From contig CDLV01000005.1 in the NCBI GenBank assembly GCA_001244265.2, positions 1,860,001 through 1,924,000 on the forward strand: a stretch of 64,000 bases of DNA, in the 5' to 3' direction. Positions 28,901-41,187 of the stretch are shown here, piece after piece. Position 1 is the stretch's first letter; every line of letters starts with the position of its first letter. The DNA comes from Microbotryum violaceum. Lineage: Eukaryota. The notes beneath the pieces were generated by a model that had not been told where the DNA came from, did no database searches, and worked only from the letters and a program-made list of their open reading frames with translations. The position numbers were made by a program, and so were the translations under genes.

Positions 28901-31153
28901 TTGAATTTGCCGCCAAGGAGTTGGTTGACGAACTCGCCTCCATTGTCAGAACGAACAAACTTGATCTTCTGACCGGACTGCCTCTCGACCTGCGCTTGAA
29001 AGCCGCGCCAGACCTCGAGGACTTCAGATGCCGACTTTGAACCAAGTGGAAAAGCCCACTTATAGGTTGAAAGTTGGTCGACGATAACCATGTAGATGGA
29101 TCGTCCATTGGTATCGTCATCGTTGACGAATCCCAGATCAATCGAAACCCGTTGAAGAACAAGTTCGGGTTTTCGACTGACATGATTGTGAGAGCCCGCG
29201 CGCGCCTTTGCGATAATGCACGGCTCACAGTCTTCAATCTTCTTGTCGAGTAAACGAATTCCAACGATAGCCTTGGATTTGACGAGTTGAAGAATTGAAG
29301 AGGGTGCCATGTGTCCGAAGTTCCGATGCCATTCCATGAGCGAAGCTCCAACGGAAGCACGGGTAGATGCGACGAGCACAGGCGAGGGTGGAGAGACAAT
29401 CTCAAAATCGAAGACGTAACTTGGTTGTTTGGCCTTCGTCTTGACAGTTTCGGCGACGAGAGAGCCGTCAAGCCAAACCTGTTGAGTATCTCCCCCATGG
29501 CCATAAACTAATTTCGCGCCTCCAGCACGGAGCGACGACATTGAGATTAGACCATACCTCGATCCAGGGAGGTAGTACATCTTGAATTTGAGAAGGTGAC
29601 CTTGCGAAGTCTTAACAGACATTCGCCCGTATCCAATGGCTTGACCAAGCGAGTTGTCGGCCATCTGGACTTGAATTGGGGATTCCTTAAAATCCGAGAG
29701 CAGCGAGCGATCGCCAACAAAGTGGTGACCAGCTCCGGTATCCGCGATCCAAACGGAGTCGGTATCGGGAGCTCTCGAGGAAGAACCAGCAAGGTAAAGG
29801 GAATGGGAGTTCATTGCAACCAACGCGGGGGCTGCAGATGACTTTGAACGGTTTTCCGGGCACACTGCATCGCTAGACCAGTGTCCCTTCGCTCCACACG
29901 CATGACAGGTAGAATCGGGAGGACGGCGATTTCCTTGACCGTCGCGATTGCCTTTCTTGTGACCTCTTTTGCGACGCGGTCCCTTTTGCGATTCGCCTTG
30001 CGCAACGAGCGCAGGAACAGGCGACTGAGCAATAGCGCGTCCGGAAGTCGTGGCAGATAGTCCATTGATTCGACTTGCCAGCGAGACTTTGAACTGGTAA
30101 GACCGTGCCTCGGAAACAATCTCCGAAGGTAGAGCCAGAGGTCGACGCAGTGAGCTTGTGAACGACTCGTGTTGCGAGTCGAAGACGGAATCGAGCATCA
30201 GCGTCGATTGCTGAGCTGGTGGCATCCCAGAGCCACACGCCTCAAGATCTTGCAAAATTCCATGAATGGTGATCAAGTGGTGCAGTAACTGCCCACGATC
30301 GCCAGACAAGAACTTGCGCGAATAGAGCTCAGTCGTCAAGGCGGAAATCTGAGCGCTCATCGTTCCGAGGTAGAACGTGTTCAGCGAGTCGAGTATGTTG
30401 TAAGACGTGTAACAACCCCTGACCAAGCGAAGATTGGCCTCATCGAGAAACTGAATGATTTCAGCTTGAGTTCGAACCTCCTTCTTTAGCTCCTTGGCGA
30501 TCTTCGCGTCCATAGCTGCGAAGTCGAGCCGCTCGAGGGGCGAGTGGAAGCCACGCGATCGATCGTCGATTGCGGCTTGGAGAACAGCCTCCGCAGCCGG
30601 GCTCATCCGCCTCGAGGCGCAAAGATGCAAATCCTTGGACCCAAGACGACCAATCAGACGTCGACGCCAATCCATATAGTTGGCTGCCCGAAGAATTGGG
30701 ACATGTAATCCACGTTCACTCGTTTCGGTAGAGTGTGTTTCGGTGTCCATTCCGATGTTGGTGGTGCGATGTGAATCGCTTTGCTGACCCGGGCCTCCTA
30801 CGCTACCCGTTGGACTCATAACCTAACGCAGAAAAGATGCGAGCGCGGAAGTAAAGCCTTCCGATAGGTGAGGGTGCACGACGCCGAGAAGTCAGGACCA
30901 CAATGTAGAGCGAGTGATGATAAGTATTCCAGTAAACAGCCTTCCGATAGGTGAGGGTGCACGACGCCGAGAAGTCAGGACCACAATGTAGAGCGAGTGA
31001 TGAGAAAGCTATCAAGAGTAAACAGCCGCGCTGGAAGAAAGCCCCGCGCGCTCCCTAACTTAAACAGATCAAACTACAATACCGAAGTGACTAATGACTA
31101 AACGCACGCGCATCCGCGCAGATACCACAGGCACAGACACATATCAAACGACA
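25960..31153 (-). mobile_element. Ty1/Copia family B copy 2 (full length, 5194 bp)
   Basis: 330-bp LTRs at 25960-26289 and 30824-31153 with one mismatch seen; TSD GCAGC (25955-25959 and 31154-31158); PBS 30815-30823; internal sequence nearly identical to B1. Confidence 0.97.
26280..30819 (-). pseudogene. Copia B2 gag-pol; two single-base homopolymer deletions relative to B1 (possibly intact)
   Basis: C4 vs C5 at ~28552 and G5 vs G6 at ~27847 account for the split ORFs; it lacks B1's stop. Confidence 0.85.
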
Positions 31154-34033
31154 GCAGCGACGAGGGACCTCCAGCTCTCGCGAGCTAGGGGCGCCCAGAT
31201 CGCCTCGTTCGAGCCCGCCACAGCATCCCAAAATCGAAGCGCCACCGAATGAACGATGTCGCCGATTGAAATCAAGCCCAAGCCACCGTCCTCCCGAGCC
31301 TGGAACACGAAATCGCGAGCGACGGTATTTCGCCCTGCTCCTCCCCAAACAAAATCCGTAAGTGCTGTCTCCGCCGCCTTAATGAACCATTGAGGCGGTA
31401 TGTCGAAGGACAGCACGTGGAGGACCGTCGAGATGATGTGAGCGTTGGCATAGAAGACCTTCCCACTCGGCGAAAGTGTCCGGTCTCCAGCGGCGCGGGT
31501 CTTGGCCTTGATCCTGTCAAGAACATGGGTCCAAAACAGTTTCGAGTCACCGTGGCGAAAGAAGGCATAGCCGCACCACTTGAAGCTCTCCCCCTCCTGC
31601 ACCGTTGGCAGCGCCTGCGCAGTCTCGTCCCGAAGCCAGTTCGGTCCGAGTGGTAGCACCAGCGTCTTGTCCGTGTTGGTCTTCCCGTTGGTTGCCTCGT
31701 ACCACGTCTGCGACAGCGTTTCCAGCTTCGACAATGCCGCCGGTGACTCCACTACCACCACAGCATCGTCGGCAAACGCCAGATGCGTAAGCTGCGCACG
31801 CGGCCCCCCTGGCCACACCTTCTGCAGGTCGAGCGCGATCCCGCGCCGAACGAGGGCGTCGAGGAAGGGCTGGAACGTGATGTTCCAAACCGGGCACGAG
31901 AGGGGATCCCCCTGACCGAGACCACACAGCAACCGCACCAACTCCGTGGGGAACCCATTGATGAGGTAGCGCACCCCAGAGTCTCGGGATCGTACAGAGC
32001 GCGCAGCAGGGAAATGAAACGCTCACCAAAGCCAAAGGCCTCGAAGACGTCGAAGATCCATGCGTGATCGACCCGATCGTACGCGCTCTGCTGATCCAAG
32101 GACAAGAGGGCGCCCTCGGGAAAACTTCAGTGCCTAGCGACTTGAGTTTTTCGAGAAGGAGAGTGAGATGACTTCCCGCGTCTGCTGAACGTCTTGATGG
32201 CATGAACCCGTGTTGCGCCGGCGGCAAAAGCTCGCCGAGCACCCCATTGAGTCGCGCCACCAAGACCTTGCTGAGGACCTTGTAGGTCGTCTCGCGCAGT
32301 GTGATCGGTCGATATGCCCCCAGTGATTTCAGATTGGCCCCCGGTTTGTTCTTGGGCAAAAGCCGCACCAGCCCCTCTGCCAAGGACGCCGTCATTTTAC
32401 CCCCCTCCCAAATCGAGTTGAACAGGTCCAACAGCTTGGGAGCGAAGTAGGTTGGCAGCGCCTTGAAGAGCTCGTACGGAATGCCCGAGGGCCCCGGTGA
32501 TCGCCCCGAATCCGTCTTCTTCAACGCCGCTTCAACCTCGAGGAGGGTGAAGGGCTCGTCAAGCGCCACTCTCGCTTGACGAGGCAGCCGACGACCGAAC
32601 GTAGGGTCCGAGCGGTCGTCATCGTAGCATTTCGCCGCGCGAATAGGGTCGAGCAGGGACCGACGTGGGTTCGTCGGGTCGCCACGAGCTGGGTCCGGCG
32701 TGAAGAGCGACTGTGCGTGCCGTGAAGCAATACCCAGCGCCTCCTGCATGTCAACGGTCTCGGTGCCATCCACATCCTCCAGCGAGACGATGCTCGTCTG
32801 GCGACTCCGGCGGTTGAGACGCGTGCGAATGCTTGCCGATTGACCTTCCCTCGAGTCGACTGACGGCACATGCGCACGAATGCGCAGCCACTGAGCCTCC
32901 TTTACCGCCAACTGATCCAACTGCGACTTGGCGAGAGCATACGCATCGCGCTCGGCCTCATTCATATGCTCACCGCGTGCCTCCAGCGCCTCCATGACGG
33001 ATTGGTTCTCGGCCCGCAGTCGGCGCATGTCGGCACGAGTCGAGCGGTATCGTGCATGGCCAGCGACTGCAACCGCCCGCAGAGCGGCGTCATAGACGTC
33101 GCCGAGCGGAGCGGTCCCCTCGAGCCTTCGATAGACCTCGTCGACGACCCCGGGAATCGATGCGACAAAGTCTTGATCGTCAAAGACCGTTGGGTTGAGC
33201 CTCGAAATGAAATCGCTCGTAGAGGGAAGAGAAAGGGGGGGTTCGGCATCAGCGTTCGACGTAGGCAATGCGAAAGTCGCAACTACAGGTCTGTGGTCCG
33301 AGCAGGGCGCATCGAAAAGTGTGGAAGCGCTCAACAACCGGTTTGCCCAACTGCGCTGGACAAGGATATAATCGATCCGCGACCACGAGCAGATTTCTCG
33401 TTTGTCCCCCCTACCAAGGTAGTGAGGGCGAGTGAATGCCGGGGTGATGGGATGGAGTTGTCGGATCGTGTCGAGTGGGTTGAATGCGATCTTTGACAGC
33501 AAGGTCTGCCAGTGCGATACAGGAGTCCAAGCGCGATCGGTGATGGCCACTCGGTCGACCGATACATCCGGACAATCATTGAGATCGCCGGCCAAGATCC
33601 GAAGAGTCTTGGGCCCCGGAGCGGTGAAGTGCAGGAGCCCGTAGAAGTCGCGACGTTCTTCCCCCTTGACCGGCGCATACATGTTGATGATTTCGATATC
33701 GAGCTCCTCAAGACGAAACACCGAGCGCAGGATCCGACCGTCGAATTGAGGGGCTTCTGCAAACACGACCGGGGTAGAGGAGAGGAGGCGGCCCGCCAGA
33801 GGTGAGCCATCGGGTATAAGGGTAAGGACATGAGGTGCGAAACGAATACAAGCTCCTGGCCAAGCACTCTCGAAGCCTTCGCGCAACGCGTTGTAGCTGA
33901 GGTGGTGCTCTTGCAGGAGAATGGCCGCAGGGGCCGGCCGAAGGGTTTTGAGATAGCGGATGATTTTGACTTGGTTGACTGCGTTCTTGATCGATCGGAC
34001 GTTGAACGTCAACACGGTGAGGGACTCAATCAT
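31154..34033 (-). CDS. LINE-A ORF2 5' part: APE endonuclease + RT
   Basis: MIESLTVLTFNVRS, LQEH, NMYAP, GDLND, SRIDY, SDHRP, SPGPSG, YRPITL, QHGF, LDQQSAYD, GLGQGDPLS, AFADD; frameshifts near 32120 and 31975. Confidence 0.9.
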
Positions 34034-34070
34034 GAATAAATTGGATCAGCGCCGCCCCCCTCGAATTCGG

Positions 34071-35716
34071 TCATCTCGGACCTGTGACCCCCTGAACTGT
34101 TGCCCCTGAGTCGTCACCCCCTGATGCACCGTGGATCATGGCGGATCCCGCCCGGGTGACACGTCGGTTGCCGGGTGCCGAGCTCGAACGAAGGCGTCGA
34201 GGACTCGTCGAGGCTATCGAGTTCGTCGCGGTTGCCGATGGTTCCGACGTGCCACCGGACAAAGGCGATGCCGGAGCAGAAGTAGAAGGCGAAGGAGAGG
34301 TCGGGGTCGAAACGGGCGCCGCTGTCGTCGTCTGCGTCTCCTTTGTTGGGCCCGTGGTCGCACGGGTCAACGTCTCTTTCCCAGTGTCGCCGCCCTCCGG
34401 TTCGGTCGAAGCGACCGATTCGCCGTCGTCGTCGTCGTCGTCACCGTCGCCGTCGTTCGCATCGTCCTTGTTGCCGGTCGCTGCACCTGCGGGGTTAGCA
34501 CGAGGTCCCAGCTGGATCATGTTCGTGCCAGAGGCACGAGAGTTCAATGCGGCAGGCCCACCGTGCTTCCCATTCTTCCCAGCAACTCGGAAGCCGGTGG
34601 TCGAAGTCGAAGTCGAGGCCCCCGGAACAGGGGCGGCGGTGGCCGGAGTCGAAACCGGCTTCCTGCAAGCGCCCCACTGGTGTCCGGCGCGATCGCACAC
34701 GGCGCAGTAGTGCGTCTCGAATTCGTGTCGCAAGCCGTACTTGGCGCCCAGGATCTCGATCTCTTGTGGCAAGGCGGCGTTGAGCGCAGCCTTCTGCGTC
34801 TCGGTGGAGCCTTGGAAAAGATCAGCATGTAAGCGAAGGTACGCGCAGTGGAACCCGTCTTCGGTCATGGCCATCGGATCCCCATTCGGATCGACCGCGA
34901 GGCCCCGCTGTAATTGCATCAGGGTATAGCCTTGCGTGCGACCTGCGCGGCCGAACGAAAGGGTGAGAGCATCATCGAGAGATTTTCGGAGCACGGAAGC
35001 GGGAATCGCGCTGGAAGAGGAGGGTAAGGTGAATCGCACCTGGACGATGTGGTTTAGGGGGAAACACTCGGGAGCTCGGTGACCATCTCTTTTCCGTGAT
35101 AGGGGAATGGACCCGCTGCAGCGGCTTCGAGACAGGCCTGGTCGGATTCGAACACGAGCTCGTACATATGACGAGCAATCGGGAACCTCTTCGTTGCCTT
35201 CGTCACGATCGGGTTCAGCTTCACACATTTCGAGAAGAGCTTCTCGACCTCGGGGTCAAGCTCGGCGCCCTCGGGCCGCGCGAACATGAATGGCGTCTCG
35301 GCCAGCCCAAAGTGCTTACGCAGCGCAATCTGTACAGGGCCTCTTGGGGACCCAGTACCATCCATGATGACTCGGATCACGTTGGAGGCCGGCATCGCGT
35401 CGTTTCGTACCGCCCTTTGAGCAGCTCGTGCGAGAGCCGGCGCCTGCGAAGGCGGGCTGGAAGGGTCATGCAACAGTACCATCAGCCGGCGGGTCGACTT
35501 GGAGGATGGTACGATGCCAAGGGCTTTGAAAGCCTTCTGCATCGACTTCTCATGGTCCAATCGAGCCTGAGAAGCCTGGGCAGACCAGGCTGGAGGATTA
35601 ACGGTTCCTCCAGTGACCGTCTCACGGGTTTCCGTGTTGAGTGATTCATCTCTCAACACGTCACCAGCCCACGGAGCGTTGGGCGGGTGCGGGGGTGGGC
35701 CGGGCGGATCCGGCAT
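34071..35716 (-). CDS. LINE-A ORF1
   Basis: MPDPPGPPP start, CAVCDRAGHQWGAC knuckle, S/T/P-rich tail; one frameshift in the 35054-35110 interval. Confidence 0.75.
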
Positions 35717-35789
35717 CACTTCTTGTCGACGTCCTGTAGCTCTTGAAGCGGTTGGTGGGCGACTGTACACACTACACGACGGTACACAC

Positions 35790-35791
<2 letters not shown>

Positions 35792-35827
<36 letters not shown>

Positions 35828-35898
35828 ATGATGCTTTTTTTTTGTATGTTTTTTTTTGTATGCTTTTTTTTTTTTGTATGTTTTTTTTTTTTTGTATG
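35792..35898. repeat. (TG)n microsatellite followed by four T(9-13)GTATG units
   Basis: Read directly; on the minus strand this is [CATAC(A)n]x4 then (CA)n. Confidence 0.95.
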
Positions 35899-35961
35899 CA
35901 CCGACTGCCAAAAGATCGCTATCGGTACGAGCAACTGCGAACAGCTTGTACACATTCGGGG

Positions 35962-36039
35962 GGAGATATGGCCGAGCGGTCTAAGGCGCCAGCTTAAGGT
36001 GTTGCATTATGTCCCTGCTGATGGTACAGGTGTGATTCG

Positions 36040-36071
<32 letters not shown>

Positions 36072-36079
36072 TGTCTTCA
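35962..36079 (+). tRNA. tRNA-Leu(AAG) with 38-nt intron (36000-36037)
   Basis: Acceptor GGAGATA/TGTCTTC+A; D arm GCCGAGCGGTCTAAGGC; anticodon stem CCAGC/GCTGG with AAG at 35996-35998; long variable arm; T loop GGTTCAAATCC; T-rich terminator follows. Confidence 0.95.
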
Positions 36080-37244
36080 TTTCCTTTTGCCTCGTAAGAC
36101 GACGGGGAACTTTTTGCGTGGCGTTGTGGCTGACCCGGGTTGTGGCGATGAGGTCAAGACTATGACTAATCGCTTTTTGTTTACGGCAAGGTTGACGCTT
36201 TAAACAGGGTTACAGTGAACGCTCCGGTTCATCTCAAAGCGAGCAAGTCGCCAGGGGACTTTGCGCACGTTCGCTCAAGCGCGATTCCTTCAACGTAGGC
36301 GCAATATCGTGTAAATGTTCTCCGAGTACTCCTGTCTTGTCCTCGTCATCAAGATCTCAACCTTTTCGAATTCGCTTTAGAATACCAAGGTCAAGTCGCT
36401 TTTCGTCCCGGTCAATCAAGGGATGGCAGCCAAAATCCGCATGTAAACGGGTCGGCGCCGTTTACCCCACAGCCCGGGAAGGGCGGTCGGAGCCCGTTGA
36501 ATCTCGCTGGGAGGCTGGCGCACATTATTTAGCACGTCCGAGCCTTTAGTTCTGCCAAAATCGCACAAGAGTTCACAGCTTCAACGGTTCTGATCACTAA
36601 AAGTGAGATTTCACCTTCCTTGTAACAGTTACGAATATGGGCCAAATCACTGTGGCAGATCGCAACTTGTAGTAGGTCAACGGCGACATGTGGTAACCCG
36701 CCTGTAAGAGGCTACTAATAGGGCATCCCCTTACACCGCCCCTACACGGCAATGCCAGCAATCGCTCGCGCCCGCCTCCGCCCCGCCGCCGCCGTCAGTC
36801 ATCCGTAACAGGACCGGGCAAAGCTCCGCCCCACCCCTCCAGGTGCGCCTCCAAACATCCCGTTTTGAGCTGAGGGCGACTTGTGCACCAAAAGTTCCTG
36901 TACAAGAAGTGGTGTCTTCCGGTCCAAGACCACGTTATTATGTACAATTCAAGAGTTACTTTATCAGCAGAAAGCATCAGTGGGCCCGAAAAGTGCATCT
37001 CTCCACATTGGCGGGGCCGACGGAGCTGGGGCGCCCAGGCCTGAGGCCTGCCAGCGGCTCGCGGAGCTCAGCAGAAGCGCACAAAACTCGCACAGACGCA
37101 CCCACCCGCTAGCTTGTTGTCTCCGCTCGCTCCCGCCCACCCCGCTGCCAGGTGCCCCTCGCGGTTGCATTCACACCTCTTCCCCCCCCCCCCCCAAGCG
37201 TCACTTCAATTCCGCCCACCTCGCACCCATCTACCACCACCACC

Positions 37245-40200
37245 ATGGGCGTCCCTGACGTCTCGAGCGTGTCGCTCATTGAACCCATGAAGCGCAAGGG
37301 CTCTGGAACGTGAGTCACCCACCACCAGCGTGGTGAGCCTGACTTTGGGTGGATACTGAACCTCAATCTCTGTTCATGCTCTTGCACCTCCGCTGCTACT
37401 CGTCCTCTGTGCCCGCCGTTCCGCCTCGCCCTCCCTCCCCTTTGTTGCCATCCCCTGTCGCAGCGTGGGTCGCAAGTTCCCTGTGCTCGTCAACACCTTC
37501 AAGGTCAAGCCTCCGAGCGCGATTTGCTATCACTACGACGTGAGTTCTTTCCCACCTCGCTGCCCTCTCTGCCCGCACCCGCACTGAACTCACCCACCTC
37601 ACCTCTGCTCCCCCGGGACTGGCTGCCCGTTGTCGCGGCCCCTCCCCCCTCCCCTTTCCCACTCAACTCTGCCCGCCCTCCCACGACGCTTCTCGTCGTT
37701 TCCTGGTGCCACCGCCTCCTCTCACGCCAGTTCAAGATTGGTCCTGAGGATGGAAAACGCCCTGCGCGATTGAACCGCTCCATCTGGAAGCACTGGATCC
37801 AGTCCCAGGACCCCTTCAAGGGCATCGCCTGCGTGTACGATGGCAAGGCCCAAGTCTTTGCGCGTGAGTCGTGCCCACCTCCTATCGCGGGTCACGCGCT
37901 CCTCCAGGTTGACTAATACCTCCCCGACGCGGTCATGCGACTTGCTCTGGTCCCTTCCGAATAGCCAAGAAACTGGCTGCGGACGAGGGGCAATGGAACA
38001 TCAACCTGCCCGAGTCCGACGGCAGCGAATCCAAGGGCAACCATTTCACGATCAAGGTCGGTCCAGTCCGCCAGGACGTGGCCCATCCACGACGTCTCTG
38101 AATGTTCCCACCCTCCCTCCCTACAGATGAAGCTCGTTCGCCCCGTCCACCTCGACGCTCTCAGTGCGTTCGTCACGGGCAAGCAAAAGCAGGTCGACGA
38201 GGGCGTCATCGAGTCGTGCATTCAGGCCCGTGAGTACTCGACGCAAGCAACTTAGCTTGGTGCGCGAACCACTGCGCTCACGCATCGTCGGAAAATCTCT
38301 CTTCCGCACAGTCAACATCGTCATCCAGCACGGACCGATGCTCATGCACCAGAGTCGTGGCGCGTCGTTCTTCTTACCGTTCGACAACGTCCAGACGGGC
38401 AAAATTTCCCGTGGTCTGACGATGTGGCGCGGCTACTACTCGTCGTTGCGCTGTGGACCGGCGAGCAACTTTGTGAGCTCCCCTCGTGGGGTCAGGCTTC
38501 CACAGATCGGCCCCGTGATCTAACCGGAATTCTGGTCGCGCACAGATCCTGCTCGATTTGGCCTCGCAACCCTTCTACTCCGAAGGCGACTTGCCCCAGC
38601 TCCTTGTCGAATTGTGAGCACCTTACCCACTTCTACCACTTCGTGGGCCAAGCCGTGCTGACCCGCTGCTGGTACCCCCGCCACCCCGTGCAGCGGACGC
38701 GCCAAGGACCGCAGCTTTGGCCCCGACAAGCTGGCCAGCAACCGCTTGCCCGGCGCGTTCGCCGTCGAAGCGGCCCGCTTCATCCGTGGGCTGCGCATTT
38801 CGCTCCGCGTCGGCGGGGGCAAGCCGATGCACCGCAAGATCCGCGAGCTGTCGCGCCAGAGCGCACAGGACAGCAAGTTCCAGACCGACGACGGCAAGAC
38901 GACGAGCGTCGCCGAGTACTTCAAGGCCCACTACGGACTGCGCCTGCAGCACCCCGACTGGCCGTGCGTCAAGGTCTCGAACGTCGCGCTGTACCCGATC
39001 GAGCTCGTGTCCGTGCTCGCGGGCCAAAAGTACAGCCGCAAGCTCGACCCGAACCAGACCGCCGAGTCGCTCAAGCTGACCACGATCGGTCCCCGCGAGC
39101 GCGTGCCGTTGCTTCGCCAGGGGATTCAGCGCATCATGCCCTCGAGCGGGGGGTCGCCGCTCCAGCAGTGGGGGATGGAGTTCTCGGCCGAGCCGATGCA
39201 GGTCCAGGCGCGCCTCTTGCCGAACCCGACGGTGATGATGAAAAAGGCCGTCAACCCCCGGGACGGCGTGTGGGACTTGCGTGGCCAACAGTTCAACCGC
39301 CCCTGCGCCCCGATCGAGCGGTGGGCCGTGTTTGTGTTTGACCAAGCGCGCTTCTTTAGTCTCAGCGAGGTGCAGAAGAGCGTCGCGGACTTTGCGCAGG
39401 GCCTGCAGGCCGTCGGCATCCAAATGCGCAACCCGCGCCCGGCGATCAACTACGCGCCGCCAATGTCACCGGCCAACATCGGCACCTACTTCCGCGAGAC
39501 GGTCAAGGGCCTCGGCCTCGGTGGTCCACCCCAGTTGTTGCTGATCTACCTCGCGCGCAAGCCGTGCGATGAGTACGGCGCGATCAAGCGCTTTGGTGAC
39601 CTCGACGTCGGCGTCGCGACCCAGTGCCTCAGCGTCCCCAAGGCCAAGCGCGGGAACCCGCAATACTACGCCAACGTCGCGCTCAAAGTCAACTGCAAGC
39701 TCAGCGGTGTCAACGCGACCGTGAACCTCGGCCCGGGGTGCCCCCCCAACATCTCGACGATGATCATCGGTGCCGACGTCACGCACCCGGGTCCGGGCTC
39801 GTTCGCACCTTCGATCGCGGCCGTCGTCGCGACGATGAACAAGGACTTTACGCTCTACGGCTCGCGCATCCACGTGCAAAATTCTCGCGTCGAGCTCATC
39901 ACGGGTGAGTTACCGGTTCGGGTCGCGTGCTCAATCCATCGGACCGCGATGCTGACCAGGTGACGTGCCGTTTCTACCCACCAGACCTCGAGGGCATGAT
40001 GATGGACTTGCTCCGCCAGTTCCACGCGACCAACAAGGTCCCCCCGGCCCGCCTCATCTTTTACCGCGACGGTGTCAGTGAGGGCCAGTTCGCCCAAGTC
40101 TTGTCTTCCGAGGTCGCGCAGATCCGTTCGGCGTGCCGCAAGATCGACCCCAAGTACAAGCCGACGCTCTCGTTCGCCGTCTGCGGCAAGCGTCACCATC

Positions 40201-40735
40201 TCAGCATCTTCCCCAAGAACGACGCCGATGGCGACAGGACGGGCAACGTCAAGGCCGGTACTTGCATCGATACGGGCAAGTGCCTGACCCTGTCGATCAC
40301 CTTCATCTCTTGCACCAACTGACCTCTCCTGCCTCTTCCCCACCCGCTGCAGACGTCACCTCGCCGTTCGAGCACGACTTTTACATTCAATCGCACGCGA
40401 GTTTGCTCGGTACGAGTCGTTCGGCGCACTACAACGTGCTCCTCGACGAGGCCAACATCTCGCCCGACGCATGGCAGCAGATGACGTTCAACTTGACCTT
40501 TACGTACGCGCGTGCTTCGAGGTCCGTCTCGGTCACGACGCCGGCCTACTACGCTGATCGCCTGTGCACGCGCGCGGCGCTCTACCTCGCGTCCGAGAAC
40601 GATGATGCGACGTCGCAACTGTCTTCCCACTCGGGTGCGTCGGCCGACCGTCAACGCGACAAGCTCTTGACCGACTACCGCAGCCGTCTCGGCAAGGTCC
40701 ACGTCAACCACAAGCAGGCGCTCTTCTTCATGTGA
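37245..40735 (+). CDS. AGO: Argonaute (N-PAZ-MID-PIWI), multi-exon
   Basis: VLVNTFKV...YHYD; PAZ SVAEYFKAHYG...YPIELV; GQKYSRKL; TQC, NVALKVNCKLSG; GADVTHP, RVELI, YRDGVSEGQF, GKRHH, DFYIQSH...GTSRSAHY, PAYYADRLC; ends LFFM*. Confidence 0.96.
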
Positions 40736-41187
40736 AGAAACCCAAACCTAAATCCTACTCGCTTCTCTCTTTGATTCCTTTTTCTTCTACATCATCGGTT
40801 CAGCTCTTTCTTTTCTTTCTCTGGAAGTTCCCCCCCACAATCGCTGATTCCGGTCAGCAGCGCTTCTTTTGTCCATTGGGTCTTCTCCTTCTCCGGTTAT
40901 GGTTCTCTTTGCTCGATGTTTGTTCCGGGGTGGGTTATTTTCTCTCTTTTCGCCAGAAAAACAACACCAAAATCCCCCAAAAAACCATCAAAAAACAAAA
41001 TCTCGAGTAGTGCAATGTACAGCTTCAAAACAGCAAAGTTGCGCCTTGGACTGAAGAGATGGGCCTACGCTCTCTGCGGACTTGCTTGAACTCCGTCTAG
41101 CTCCGTGCGACCTCGCGTGACGAACAGATCGGAACGCGACGCGACGCGCGCTTCGATTCCAAACCACTCTTCACTTGGATACAGATA

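Larger units (their letters stand above)
23985..35830 (-). mobile_element. L1/Tx1-like LINE-A, full length, interrupted by Copia B2
   Basis: (CA)n at the 5' end; ORF1 35716-34071; ORF2 34033-31154 plus 25959-24836; ~840-nt 3' UTR; (A)10 tail at 23985-23994. Confidence 0.9.

Noticed and set aside
35717-35953. K/H/T-rich N-terminal extension of LINE-A ORF1
   Set aside because: It is translation of poly(A) and (CA)n repeats; the real start is probably MPDPP at 35716.
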